Positions 9,884-19,203 of a stretch of DNA of 43,532 bases are shown one piece after another. How positions within the stretch are numbered: the first letter of the stretch is position 1; the number at the start of each line of letters is the position of its first letter. Origin of the DNA: a virus (taxonomy: Duplodnaviria > Heunggongvirae > Uroviricota > Caudoviricetes). The stretch is from IMG/VR virus record IMGVR_UViG_3300024268_000012; one strand, written 5' to 3'. The notes below the pieces were generated by a model. That model was not told where the DNA came from. It ran no database searches and saw only the letters and a program-made list of their open reading frames with translations. The position numbers and the translations under genes were made by a program.

Positions 9884-10632
9884 TGATTATGATCGCCGGC
9901 CCATGCGCCGTGGAAACTGCGACTGACACTTATAAAATCGCAGAGGAATTAAGTAAATATGATAAAAAAATCATTCTGCGTGGCGGTTGCTGGAAACCCC
10001 GCACTAGACCAGATTCCTTCCAGGGGCTCGGAGAGGTCGGCGTTGATATGCTTGTTGCTGCGTATGAATTATATGGACTACAAGGGTGCTGTTTAGAGGT
10101 AATGAGTAAAAAACATTTGGATTATGTTATTAATCATTATCCAGAAAAAAACATTATTCTTCAAATTGGCTCTCGTAATATGCAAAATTTTGAACTACTT
10201 AAATTAGTAAGTTCTTATTCTAAGGAATATGGTAATACAGTACTTCTAAAGCGAGGCTTTGGAAATACCGTTGATGAAATGTGTGGAGCGAGGGATTATT
10301 TACAGCATGACAATGTTATCTTATGTGAGCGTGGTATTAGGACTCTGTCTGATGCTAGTCGTTTCACTTTGGATTTGTCCGCCATCCCTGTGTTACAGCA
10401 AAAAACTGGGTGTCGAGTTATCGTGGACCCATCCCACGCTGCTGGAGAGAGAAGTCTGGTATCCGGATTGGCACGGGCTGGTATCGCCGCAGGAGCAGAT
10501 GGCTTGGAAATTGAGGTAAAATCAATGTTTGCCAAGTGTCCGCGTAAATGCGATGAAGCACAAGCTCTCCCCATAGATGAATTTTATGTTTTAGCACATG
10601 TGTGTGAAGATATTGACAAAATCTTAAAATAA
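9883..10632 (+). CDS. DAHP-synthase/KDO8P-synthase family (type I-beta) aldolase
   Basis: ATG overlaps the previous stop (TAATG). 'IAGPCAVET', 'RGGCWKPRTRPDSFQGLGEVG' and 'DPSHAAGERSLVSGLARAGIAAGADGLEIEV' match conserved DAHPS/KDO8PS motifs (GPCSVES; GGAFKPRTSPYSFQGLG; DPSH...GADGL.IEVH). Confidence 0.7.
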   Translation: MIMIAGPCAVETATDTYKIAEELSKYDKKIILRGGCWKPRTRPDSFQGLGEVGVDMLVAAYELYGLQGCCLEVMSKKHLDYVINHYPEKNIILQIGSRNMQNFELLKLVSSYSKEYGNTVLLKRGFGNTVDEMCGARDYLQHDNVILCERGIRTLSDASRFTLDLSAIPVLQQKTGCRVIVDPSHAAGERSLVSGLARAGIAAGADGLEIEVKSMFAKCPRKCDEAQALPIDEFYVLAHVCEDIDKILK

Positions 10633-10641
10633 TAATATAAG
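10613..10641 (+). promoter_or_regulatory. Sigma70-type promoter P6 (TTGACA-N17-TATAAG), inside the 3' end of the aldolase gene
   Basis: TTGACA 10613-10618, 17-nt spacer, TATAAG 10636-10641. Upstream of the DUF262 gene. Confidence 0.5.
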
Positions 10642-10652
10642 AGGTATATAGT

Positions 10653-11657
10653 ATGCAATATGCTGATAGCAAAAATTTATTTGACCAACTATCTGAAGAT
10701 TTTTCCAGAAAGTGTACAACAACTTCTCAGCCTATTAATTATCTAAAATTCTGTAATAACAATGGCCAAATTAATACTGATTTGGATATTCAGCGAGGTT
10801 ACCAATGGGATGAAAAACGTCAGCAAGAGATGTGGAACAGTTTGCTGCTTAATGCTCATATTCCTGAATTCCATGCATTAATCCGCAATGATATTTACGA
10901 CATTATTGATGGTAAACAGCGACTATTAACGATCTTTAAAATCATCAATGATGAAATTCCTCTGAAATACAGCTATGCAGGTCCCGAGCTGCACTGGCTT
11001 TTTACTCAAGGAAAAAATAAAGATGCTCTTGTCCGACAGATTAATTTTTCTTGTTTACCAAAGGAGTTGCAATATCGTATTTATAATACTACGATTTTGA
11101 TTACTACTTACTCTAATCTTGACAGAGATGAACAAATTATGCTCTTTAAAAAAATTAATAATGGTAAAGCATTAAGTGATTTTGCAAAAGGATTGTGCGA
11201 AAATTTCTTTATCCGCAAGGATGGTACTGCTGAAATGCTAAAGCATTCTGTGTTTAAAAATTCAGAATGGAAAGATGAAGAACAAGAGGCAATTGAGAAA
11301 GCGTTAGTTCGCTTTATGATTCTTAAGCATAAAAATATGGTAGTTTCTCTAGAACCCACAAAGATGATTAGTTACTATCCTGAATTTGATCGTGACGTAT
11401 TAAATTTGAGCGTTAAGCAAGTAAATGCTGTCTTAGATCGTATTCCCACTTTGCATAAAATTCTTAAATGCCGCGCTTGGGAATCTTATTTTCCAGCATT
11501 TTTAATAGTAGTTGATCGTCATCCTGAGCTTACAGCAGAACAAATTGACACCATGCTTGTAAAAATTCGTTCTTGTACTGCTGGGCGCGGAGCTGATTTA
11601 AGAGCCAGTATTGTTGCTGAACGCATCGACACTGTAGAATCTTTAATTGACAATTAA
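10653..11657 (+). CDS. DUF262 (ParB/Srx-like nuclease domain, GmrSD N-terminal-type) protein
   Basis: 'DIIDGKQRLLTIF' matches the DUF262 DGQQR-type motif. 334 aa, with own promoter P6 and RBS aagagg. Confidence 0.55.
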   Translation: MQYADSKNLFDQLSEDFSRKCTTTSQPINYLKFCNNNGQINTDLDIQRGYQWDEKRQQEMWNSLLLNAHIPEFHALIRNDIYDIIDGKQRLLTIFKIINDEIPLKYSYAGPELHWLFTQGKNKDALVRQINFSCLPKELQYRIYNTTILITTYSNLDRDEQIMLFKKINNGKALSDFAKGLCENFFIRKDGTAEMLKHSVFKNSEWKDEEQEAIEKALVRFMILKHKNMVVSLEPTKMISYYPEFDRDVLNLSVKQVNAVLDRIPTLHKILKCRAWESYFPAFLIVVDRHPELTAEQIDTMLVKIRSCTAGRGADLRASIVAERIDTVESLIDN

Positions 11658-11675
11658 ACAAAATTATGATATAAT
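11647..11675 (+). promoter_or_regulatory. Sigma70-type promoter P4 (TTGACA-N17-TATAAT, extended TG) for dnaE
   Basis: TTGACA 11647-11652, TATGATATAAT with TATAAT 11670-11675. Confidence 0.7.
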
Positions 11676-11708
11676 ATATACAGAAATGATAGAAAGAGGT
11701 TCTTGGAT

Positions 11709-14700
11709 ATGTTTTTTAACTGTCATAATCATACGATGTATTCAAACCTCAGACTTCTGGACTGTATCATCAAACCGAAAGACCTAATCGACCGTGCGAT
11801 CGAATTAGGCCTTTCTGGTATTGCGATTACCGACCATGAAGCACTGAGCGCTCATATGGAAGTAAACATGTATGCGAAGAAAATTCGTGAAAAGCATCCT
11901 AATTTTACTATTGCGCTCGGTAATGAGATTTATTTGACTGACACAAGAGAGAAAGGTCAGCCATACTATCACTTTATTTTGATTGCTAAAGATGCTATTG
12001 GTCACAAAGGTTTGCGTGAGCTTAGCTCTAAGGCATGGTATAATTCTTATTTTGATCGAGGTATGGAGCGTGTTCCTCTGCTCAAGAGCGAGTTAGAAGA
12101 AATTATGACTCGATACAAAGGTCATATTATGGGTACTACTGCCTGTATGGGCGGTGAGCTGTCTAAACTGATTGTGGAATATCAGATTCTCAAAGAAATG
12201 AATCAGCCCAATCAGGAAATATTTTATAAGATGCAGGATTTCATTCAGTTCTGCATGAGAGTATTTGGTCCAGATGATTTCTATATTGAATGTGCGCCAT
12301 CTACAATGAAAGATCAGATCATGGTCAATCGGTGTCTCGGTGAAATGGCACAACTTTATGGATTGAATTTGGTGCCGGCTACCGACTCTCATTATCTCAG
12401 TCCTGAAACAAGATTTGCGCATAAGGCATATTTGAACTCTAAGGGCGGAGATCGAGAAGTTGATAGCTTCTATGAATTTGCGCGTTTGATGGATGAAAAA
12501 GAAGTGAGAGAACTTCTACTTCATTCTTTTGAAGAAACTACTGTTGATATGATGATGCATATGACAGAAGATATGCGTCAGAAAATTGAGTGGTATTCTT
12601 TGGAAAAACCGCAGCAGATTCCTGTTGTAGAAGTTCCAACTAGAAACGCTGGCTTTCTTGGGTGGGGAATTTGGCAAGAATATCCCACGCTTTATGATAT
12701 TAACCTTAATGGCAATGAACAAGAGCAATATTGGCTTGATTGTTGCATGGAAGCTTTGGTAAATAAAGGACTTGGTGAAGATGTCTACCTCGAAAGACTC
12801 GAAATTGAAGCAGACGTTATTCGATATATTGGCAATCGTCTTGGGACTTGTTTGTTTGCCTACTTTAATACTTTCAAGCACTATATTGATTTGTTCTGGG
12901 AGTGTGGTAGCATCGTCGGTCCTGGCCGTGGATCTGCCACTGGTTTTCTGTCTAATTATCTCCTTGGTATTACTCAGCTAAATCCTATCAAGTGGAATCT
13001 TCCTTGGTGGCGTTTCTTGAATAAAGAACGTGCGGAATTGCCTGATATTGATATCGACCTTGCTCCTTCCAAGCGAGCTGAAATCTTTCAGCGTATTCGT
13101 GAAGAACGTGGAGAAATGGGACTGATTCAGGTTATTACATTCGGTACTGAAGGTTCTAAGTCTGCAATCTTGACCGCCTGTCGTGGTTATAGAATGTTAG
13201 ATGAAGATGGAATTGAAATGTTTCCTGATGGTATTGATGTTGACGTCGCTCAGTATATTGCATCTTTGATTCCATCCCATCGCGGTTTCCTTTGGAGCAT
13301 CAAGGATGTTGTATATGGCAATAAGGATGAAGATCGTCAGCCTATTGCCGCATTCAAGAGAGAAGTTGACAAGTATCCTGGACTTTTAGATATTATCTTT
13401 GCGATTGAAGGAATCGTGAAGCAGCGTGGTTGTCATGCATCTGGTGTCATTATGTATGAAGAGGATAAGATTTATGACACCGCGGCGATTATGAGAACTC
13501 CTTCTGGTGATCTTGTAACCTGTTATGACCTTCACATGGCAGAGGCTGCTGGTGACACTAAATACGACTTCCTTGTAACCGAAGTTTCTGACAAAATCAT
13601 TAAGGCTCTTGAACTGATGCAAGAGGATGAAGTAATTGATCCTGATATGAGTTTGCGTCAGATGTATGAAGAGTTCTTGCATCCTGAGCATATTGATACA
13701 ACCGATCCCGAAATTTGGGAAGCACTTGCAGAGGGTAGCGTATTGGATGTATTCCAGTTCAGCGGTGGCGTTGGTTTGGCGATTGCAAAGAAGCTTCGTC
13801 CAACTGATCCTCTGGAAATGACCGCAGCGAATGCAATGATGAGACTTATGTCTGAAAAGGGTAAAGAGTCTCAGCAGGATAGATATGCTCGTATCAAGAG
13901 TCAAGGAATCAGAGTCTTCGATATGGAAATGAAAGAGCATAATCTGCCGAACAGCATGATTAAAGCAATGCATAAACATTGCGACAAGTATTATGGCTGT
14001 TGCGCAATTCAGGAACAGATGATGGAGATTCTGATGGATCCTGAGATTGCAAGTTTCAGTTTGAAAGAGGCAAATGATGCTCGTAAGATTGTTGCTAAGA
14101 AGCAAATGTCTCGTATTCCCGAGCTTAAAGGTAAGGTTTATGATGTAATGGATCAGCGACTCGCTGACTATGTGTGGGAAGTTGCGGTAGCTCCTCAGTT
14201 GGGTTATGCATTCTCCATGAATCACTCTCTGCCTTATTCTTTCGTCGGTATTCAGACAATTATCTTAGCACGAAAGTTTGATCCGATTTATTGGAACACT
14301 GCATGTTTGATTGTAAACAGTGGTGCAACAGATGAAGATCTTGAAGGTACAACGAACTATGGAAAAATCGCAAAAGCCATTGGTGACATTCGAAGTGCAG
14401 GAATTGCAGTCTCCACGGCAGACATTAATAAATCTAAATATGGATTTTCTCCAGACGTTGGAGAGGGCACAATCACCTACGGACTTAAAGGTCTACTCAA
14501 TGTTGGAGACGATGTCATCGCAGACATTATTGACAAACGCCCTTTCACTAGCTTCGGAGATTTCCTTGGCAGAGTCAAGTGCGGAAAACAGGCAGTAATT
14601 TCTCTTATCAAGGGTGGCGCATTTGATAGCTTTGGTGAGCGTAAGCGCATTATGGCTGAATATTTGTGGTTGAACTGCGATAAGAAAAAGAGAATCACAC

Positions 14701-15563
14701 TTCAGAATATGAATGGTTTGATTCAAAGAGGTCTGCTGCCTGATCATCTTAGTCTGCAGAGCAAGGTTTTTGAGTTTAATCGTTACTTGAAAAATGTATG
14801 TAAGTTGACTGACGGTTATTATGTTCTGGATGATAGAGCGTATGGATTCATCGACAGATTCTTCCCTGATGTTCCTCTGGAAGTATTTGGTCCGACTTAT
14901 GCAATGAATCAGAAGTTGTGGGAAAAGGTATATCAACAGCAAATGGATTTTGTGCGTGAGTGGATGAAAGCTAATCAGGACGAAGTTCTATATCAGCTGA
15001 ATAAGAACATTTTTGAGGAAGAGTGGAAGAAATATGCTTCTGGTAATTATTCTTCTTGGGAAATGGAAGCATTATGTTTCTATTATCATGAGCATGAGTT
15101 GAAGAACGTCAATCGCGCACGATATGGAATTAGCAATTTCTTCGATCTGCCAGAAGAGCCGATTATCGAAAAGACATTTAAGCGTGGCGGTATTGAAATT
15201 CCGATTTATCGTTTGAATAGAATCTGCGGCACATGCATCGCTAAGAATAAAACAAAAGGTACAGTATCTCTGTTGACTCCTGAGGGTGTTGTCGAAGTTA
15301 AGTTTAGAAATGAATATTTCAGTTTGTTCGACAAGCAGATTTCTGTGCGTGGCGCTGATGGCGTAAAGCATGTTGTGGAAAAGTCTTGGTTCAATCGTGG
15401 TTCTATGATTATGGTAACTGGTATTCGCCGTGGTGATGATTTCATTCCGAAGAAATATGCAAGCACAGTTGGTCATCAGCTGTATAAGATTGAAAACATC
15501 ACTTCTAATGGTAGCCTGACTCTTAAAACGGAGCGCGCAAGCGGGGAGGCCGAAGAAGAATGA
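11709..15563 (+). CDS. dnaE: DNA polymerase III alpha subunit (DnaE-type, PHP domain + Pol beta-like catalytic core)
   Basis: N-terminal PHP motifs 'CHNHTMYS' and 'AITDHEALS'. Catalytic 'LPDIDIDLA' (PDIDID motif). ~1284 aa. Promoter P4 and RBS agaaagagg lie upstream. The ORF track begins at TTG 11703; ATG 11709 is the likelier start. Confidence 0.9.
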   Translation: MFFNCHNHTMYSNLRLLDCIIKPKDLIDRAIELGLSGIAITDHEALSAHMEVNMYAKKIREKHPNFTIALGNEIYLTDTREKGQPYYHFILIAKDAIGHKGLRELSSKAWYNSYFDRGMERVPLLKSELEEIMTRYKGHIMGTTACMGGELSKLIVEYQILKEMNQPNQEIFYKMQDFIQFCMRVFGPDDFYIECAPSTMKDQIMVNRCLGEMAQLYGLNLVPATDSHYLSPETRFAHKAYLNSKGGDREVDSFYEFARLMDEKEVRELLLHSFEETTVDMMMHMTEDMRQKIEWYSLEKPQQIPVVEVPTRNAGFLGWGIWQEYPTLYDINLNGNEQEQYWLDCCMEALVNKGLGEDVYLERLEIEADVIRYIGNRLGTCLFAYFNTFKHYIDLFWECGSIVGPGRGSATGFLSNYLLGITQLNPIKWNLPWWRFLNKERAELPDIDIDLAPSKRAEIFQRIREERGEMGLIQVITFGTEGSKSAILTACRGYRMLDEDGIEMFPDGIDVDVAQYIASLIPSHRGFLWSIKDVVYGNKDEDRQPIAAFKREVDKYPGLLDIIFAIEGIVKQRGCHASGVIMYEEDKIYDTAAIMRTPSGDLVTCYDLHMAEAAGDTKYDFLVTEVSDKIIKALELMQEDEVIDPDMSLRQMYEEFLHPEHIDTTDPEIWEALAEGSVLDVFQFSGGVGLAIAKKLRPTDPLEMTAANAMMRLMSEKGKESQQDRYARIKSQGIRVFDMEMKEHNLPNSMIKAMHKHCDKYYGCCAIQEQMMEILMDPEIASFSLKEANDARKIVAKKQMSRIPELKGKVYDVMDQRLADYVWEVAVAPQLGYAFSMNHSLPYSFVGIQTIILARKFDPIYWNTACLIVNSGATDEDLEGTTNYGKIAKAIGDIRSAGIAVSTADINKSKYGFSPDVGEGTITYGLKGLLNVGDDVIADIIDKRPFTSFGDFLGRVKCGKQAVISLIKGGAFDSFGERKRIMAEYLWLNCDKKKRITLQNMNGLIQRGLLPDHLSLQSKVFEFNRYLKNVCKLTDGYYVLDDRAYGFIDRFFPDVPLEVFGPTYAMNQKLWEKVYQQQMDFVREWMKANQDEVLYQLNKNIFEEEWKKYASGNYSSWEMEALCFYYHEHELKNVNRARYGISNFFDLPEEPIIEKTFKRGGIEIPIYRLNRICGTCIAKNKTKGTVSLLTPEGVVEVKFRNEYFSLFDKQISVRGADGVKHVVEKSWFNRGSMIMVTGIRRGDDFIPKKYASTVGHQLYKIENITSNGSLTLKTERASGEAEEE

Positions 15564-15784
15564 TGAACGAGAAAGTGATGAAGTGGCGATCGTCGCCACT
15601 TCATCGTAAATGTATTTTTTGTAAACACTTAAAATTTATAACCATACCGGCTCATCTGCCATGTAATGATTACTATAAATGTGTTGCTAAAGACAAATAT
15701 ATTGATTATTGTTTGCCAGATATGACAAGAGCTCCAAGACCGTTTTGTAAATTATTTGAATTAAATACGGAGATAAAAGAATGA
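15560..15784 (+). CDS. Small Cys-rich protein, translationally coupled to dnaE
   Basis: ATGA overlap with the dnaE stop. 74 aa with 'CIFCKH...CNDYYKC' cysteines. Its stop overlaps the next start (ATGA). Confidence 0.45.
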   Translation: MMNEKVMKWRSSPLHRKCIFCKHLKFITIPAHLPCNDYYKCVAKDKYIDYCLPDMTRAPRPFCKLFELNTEIKE

Positions 15785-16377
15785 AATATATTGTAGCACT
15801 TATTGGCAAGGCAGGAGCGGGAAAAGATACAATTGCTCAGGGCTTAGCTACACTCAATCCTGACTGGAATATGATTGTCTCTTGTACAACCCGCCCTCGT
15901 CGAGAAAATGAAGTTGAAGGTATCAACTATTATTATCTTACAAATGAGGAGTTTGCGCAGAAAGTACTGAATGGCGATATGCTTGAAGCTACTTATTTCA
16001 ACGATTGGCATTATGGTACTATGGCTTCTTCTCTTCACGAAGGTGTAAACATTGGTGTTTTCAATCCTGAAGGCTACGATTGTCTTACAGAGATGGGCGG
16101 CGGAGAAATCAAAGTTATTGGCTTCTATATCAATAGCGATGATAAAACTCGTCTACTGCGCCAGCTTAATCGCGAAGAAAACCCTGATGTTCATGAGATC
16201 GTCCGCCGCTTTAGCGCAGATGAAGAAGATTTTTATGATATTGATAACGATCCAGACTATCCTGTATATGTAATTCAAAATGGAAGAGATACTTCTCTAC
16301 CATATGTTGTACATGAAGTCAATAAAATCATTCACGCGGTTCTAGATATTGTGCCTCTTGTGGGCAGTCATGAATAA
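15781..16377 (+). CDS. Guanylate kinase-like nucleoside monophosphate kinase
   Basis: P-loop 'LIGKAGAGKDT'. 'SCTTRPRRENEVEGINYYYLTNEEF...EATYFNDWHYGT' parallels Gmk 'TTRxPRxGExDGxDYxF...E.A.F.GN.YGT'. Confidence 0.75.
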   Translation: MKYIVALIGKAGAGKDTIAQGLATLNPDWNMIVSCTTRPRRENEVEGINYYYLTNEEFAQKVLNGDMLEATYFNDWHYGTMASSLHEGVNIGVFNPEGYDCLTEMGGGEIKVIGFYINSDDKTRLLRQLNREENPDVHEIVRRFSADEEDFYDIDNDPDYPVYVIQNGRDTSLPYVVHEVNKIIHAVLDIVPLVGSHE

Positions 16378-16440
16378 TTTATTGGGCGAAATTTTGAAAT
16401 ATCATGTCTACCCTATTTTATAACTCAGGAGGTCAATGAA

Positions 16441-18642
16441 ATGTTAGTAACTAAACGTGATGGACGCCAAGTCCTTTTTAATGTTCAGAAAATTGAAAAC
16501 GCAATCGGCAAGGCATATTGGGACAAAGATTGGTCTCCCGACAAACCTAACCCACCATATGCTGGACATATTGCCGATAAAATTTCTCAGTCTAATCAAG
16601 ACTATACTGTAGAACAGATTCAGGATCTTGTTGAACGAGAACTTATGGCTTGTGATCCTGATGTTGCAAAAGCATATATTCTATATCGTAATAAGCGTAC
16701 TCGTGCAAGAGAACAACAGAGCCGTATTATTAATGCGGTAAAGAGCCGTTTGGAAGCTCGTAATGTGCAGAATTCCAATGCCAATGTTGATGAACGCTCT
16801 TTCTCTGGTCGTGAAAAAGAATCTCAGTCTGATATTCACAAGATTATCGCTCTTGAAGATGGCAGCTATCTAAGTGAAGAAGTTGCAAATGCTCACAAAA
16901 ACATGCTTCTTTATCAGCATGACTTAGAGAAGGCTCCTGTTGGAGAGCATAATTGTTTAAATATTGATTTCAAGAAACTATTCACCGAAGGTTTCGCAAC
17001 CCGCAATGGCGATATTCGTGTTCCTACATCCTATGCCACTGCTTGTCAACAAGTTGCTGTTATTTTCCAATGTCAGTCTCAAGTGCAGTTTGGTGGAGTC
17101 GGTAGCGTTCATATTGACTATGATCTTACTCCTTTTGTAAGAATGAGTTTTGCTAAGCACTTCCTTGATGGTATGGAATGGCTTTGCGACAATGGTGTAG
17201 AATATGATAAGGAAGAGCTTTTAAATCTTCCAATTGATGCGCCACTATATGATGAACAGCCAAAAGTAAAGAAATATGCTATGGCTATGTTGAAAAAGGA
17301 GATGCGTCAGAGTGCAGAAGCTCTCTACCACAACCTCAACTCCCTCGAATCCCGTGCGGGGTCTCAGGTCCCGTTTACCTCTATTAACTTCGGACGAGAC
17401 ACCACTATCGAAGGAAGAATGGTTTCAGAGTCTATGCTCAGAGCTAGTCTCGCAGGAATCGGAAAATTCCACAGAACCGCTATCTTCCCAATTTCAATTT
17501 TCCAGTATAAAACCGGAAACAATGCAAACCCTGCAGACCCAAACTATGACCTTAAGCAATTGGCATTGGAATCCCTCTCTAAACGAATTTATCCCAACTT
17601 CTGTAACTGTGACTGGTCCCAGGCCCACGAAGATCTCTCCGATCCCGACACCTATTTCTCTACAATGGGATGCCGAACCATGCTTGGTTACGATAGACAT
17701 GGACTTGGATATCGTAGAGTCGGACGAGGCAATAACGTTCCAAATACCATTATTCTCCCAAAGCTTGGAATTGAATACGGAATTGCTCTCGGAAAGCGCG
17801 ATAAAGCAGATCTTGAAGGATTCTGGATGGCATTTGAAGACACTCTCAAACTCGCAGAGCAAGGACTCCTTGAAAGATTCGATGTAATGGTCAATCAAGC
17901 TGCAACAGCTGCACCATTTATGTATGAGAATGGAACTATTGCTGATGGTCAAAAGTGTAATATGAGTGTATATCAATCTCTAAAACATAATACGCTTGCG
18001 ATTGGCTATATTGGTATTGCAGAAATGTGTGAAGCATTGTTTGGTGTCAATCATGCTCGCAGCAAGGAAGCTCATGCATTTGCTCTTTCTGTTGTGCAGC
18101 GCATTAATGAGTTTGCAAAAGAAGCAAGTGAACGTAATGATCTTAACTTCTCTTGCTATGCAACTCCTGCAGAAGGACTTTGTTCCACTGCTTTAAAAGC
18201 ACTTCGTCGTCAGTATGGTATTCTACCTCGCATTACTGACAGAGAATTTATTACCAATAGTCATCATGTCCCGGTTTGGGAAGAAATTGGTATTTTTGAA
18301 AAATTGGAGTTGGAAGCTCCATTCTGTAAGTACCCAACAGGAGGATGTATCACATATGTTGAATTGGATGCAACGTTTGTTCAGAACACGAAAGCAATCG
18401 AACAAATCATCGACTACGCGTTCAAAACGCTCGACATCCCATACCTCGCGTTCAACTTCCCAATCGACTCTTGCCTATCTTGCGGCTATCAAGGTGAATT
18501 CAATGACCGCTGCCCTGAATGCGGTTCTACCAACATTCAACAGTTACGAAGAGTAACTGGTTATCTCACTACAGATTACCACAAGTTTAATGAAGGTAAG
18601 CAGGACGAAGTTTTACATAGATTTAAACATTCAAGAAAGTAA
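16441..18642 (+). CDS. nrdD: Anaerobic ribonucleoside-triphosphate reductase (class III RNR)
   Basis: N-terminal ATP-cone 'VTKRDGRQVLFNVQKIENAI', C-terminal Zn-ribbon 'CLSCGY...CPECG', and glycyl-radical motif 'RRVTGYL'. RBS aggagg. Confidence 0.92.
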   Translation: MLVTKRDGRQVLFNVQKIENAIGKAYWDKDWSPDKPNPPYAGHIADKISQSNQDYTVEQIQDLVERELMACDPDVAKAYILYRNKRTRAREQQSRIINAVKSRLEARNVQNSNANVDERSFSGREKESQSDIHKIIALEDGSYLSEEVANAHKNMLLYQHDLEKAPVGEHNCLNIDFKKLFTEGFATRNGDIRVPTSYATACQQVAVIFQCQSQVQFGGVGSVHIDYDLTPFVRMSFAKHFLDGMEWLCDNGVEYDKEELLNLPIDAPLYDEQPKVKKYAMAMLKKEMRQSAEALYHNLNSLESRAGSQVPFTSINFGRDTTIEGRMVSESMLRASLAGIGKFHRTAIFPISIFQYKTGNNANPADPNYDLKQLALESLSKRIYPNFCNCDWSQAHEDLSDPDTYFSTMGCRTMLGYDRHGLGYRRVGRGNNVPNTIILPKLGIEYGIALGKRDKADLEGFWMAFEDTLKLAEQGLLERFDVMVNQAATAAPFMYENGTIADGQKCNMSVYQSLKHNTLAIGYIGIAEMCEALFGVNHARSKEAHAFALSVVQRINEFAKEASERNDLNFSCYATPAEGLCSTALKALRRQYGILPRITDREFITNSHHVPVWEEIGIFEKLELEAPFCKYPTGGCITYVELDATFVQNTKAIEQIIDYAFKTLDIPYLAFNFPIDSCLSCGYQGEFNDRCPECGSTNIQQLRRVTGYLTTDYHKFNEGKQDEVLHRFKHSRK

Positions 18643-18665
18643 GAGGGTGGCGTCCTCTTTTAAAG
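18641..18665 (+). terminator. Possible weak terminator after nrdD
   Basis: Short GC stem AGAGG...CCTCT followed by TTTTAAA. Only ~5 bp. Confidence 0.35.
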
Positions 18666-18675
18666 GAGAAATAAT

Positions 18676-19158
18676 ATGCGATATGCTAACGTAATTTGGA
18701 ATGACATTGTTGCCGGCGACGGTTTATGTGTGTCATTTTATACGCAAGGTTGTCCGCATCGGTGTCCGGGTTGTCATAACCCGGAGACCTGGGACTTTGA
18801 AGGAGGACAAGAATTCCCCGCATCCCTTTTGGACGACCTAATCCGAGGTCTTACCGCACAAGGTATTCAAAGACCCTTGTGCATCCTAGGCGGTGAACCG
18901 CTTTGTCCCGAGAATATTTTTCTTACTACACTATTAATTCGTACAGTGCGGGACAAGCTACCAGATACGCCTATATATGTGTGGACTGGTTATCTTTATG
19001 AAGATCTTCAAAAGATAGGTTCATCCCCACATTTATCATATATCCTTGATAACATTGACTATTTGATTGATGGCCCATATGATGCGACTAAGAGAAATAT
19101 TACTCTTGGTTTGCGTGGTAGCGAGAATCAGAGAGTTTTCAAGTTTGACAGAAAATAA
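18676..19158 (+). CDS. nrdG: Anaerobic RNR activating enzyme (radical SAM)
   Basis: 'GCPHRCPGCHNPETW' CxxxCxxC cluster, ~160 aa, immediately downstream of nrdD. Confidence 0.88.
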   Translation: MRYANVIWNDIVAGDGLCVSFYTQGCPHRCPGCHNPETWDFEGGQEFPASLLDDLIRGLTAQGIQRPLCILGGEPLCPENIFLTTLLIRTVRDKLPDTPIYVWTGYLYEDLQKIGSSPHLSYILDNIDYLIDGPYDATKRNITLGLRGSENQRVFKFDRK

Positions 19159-19173
19159 ATTTTATGATATAAT
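19145..19173 (+). promoter_or_regulatory. Sigma70-type promoter P5 (TTGACA-N17-TATAAT, extended TG)
   Basis: TTGACA 19145-19150, TATGATATAAT with TATAAT 19168-19173. Overlaps the end of nrdG. Confidence 0.7.
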
Positions 19174-19203
19174 TGATATATCAAGAGAAAAAGGAGAATT
19201 CTC

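Noticed and set aside
16378-16440. Promoter upstream of nrdD (TTGAAA...TTTATA / TATAAC)
   Set aside because: The match is weak and spacing is ambiguous. nrdD may be co-transcribed with the kinase gene.
17312-17887. 191-aa + strand ORF overlapping nrdD in another frame (and similar internal ORFs, e.g. 13386..14225 inside dnaE, 14493..14942)
   Set aside because: They are embedded in well-supported conserved genes, lack RBSs and have low-complexity translations. Judged spurious.
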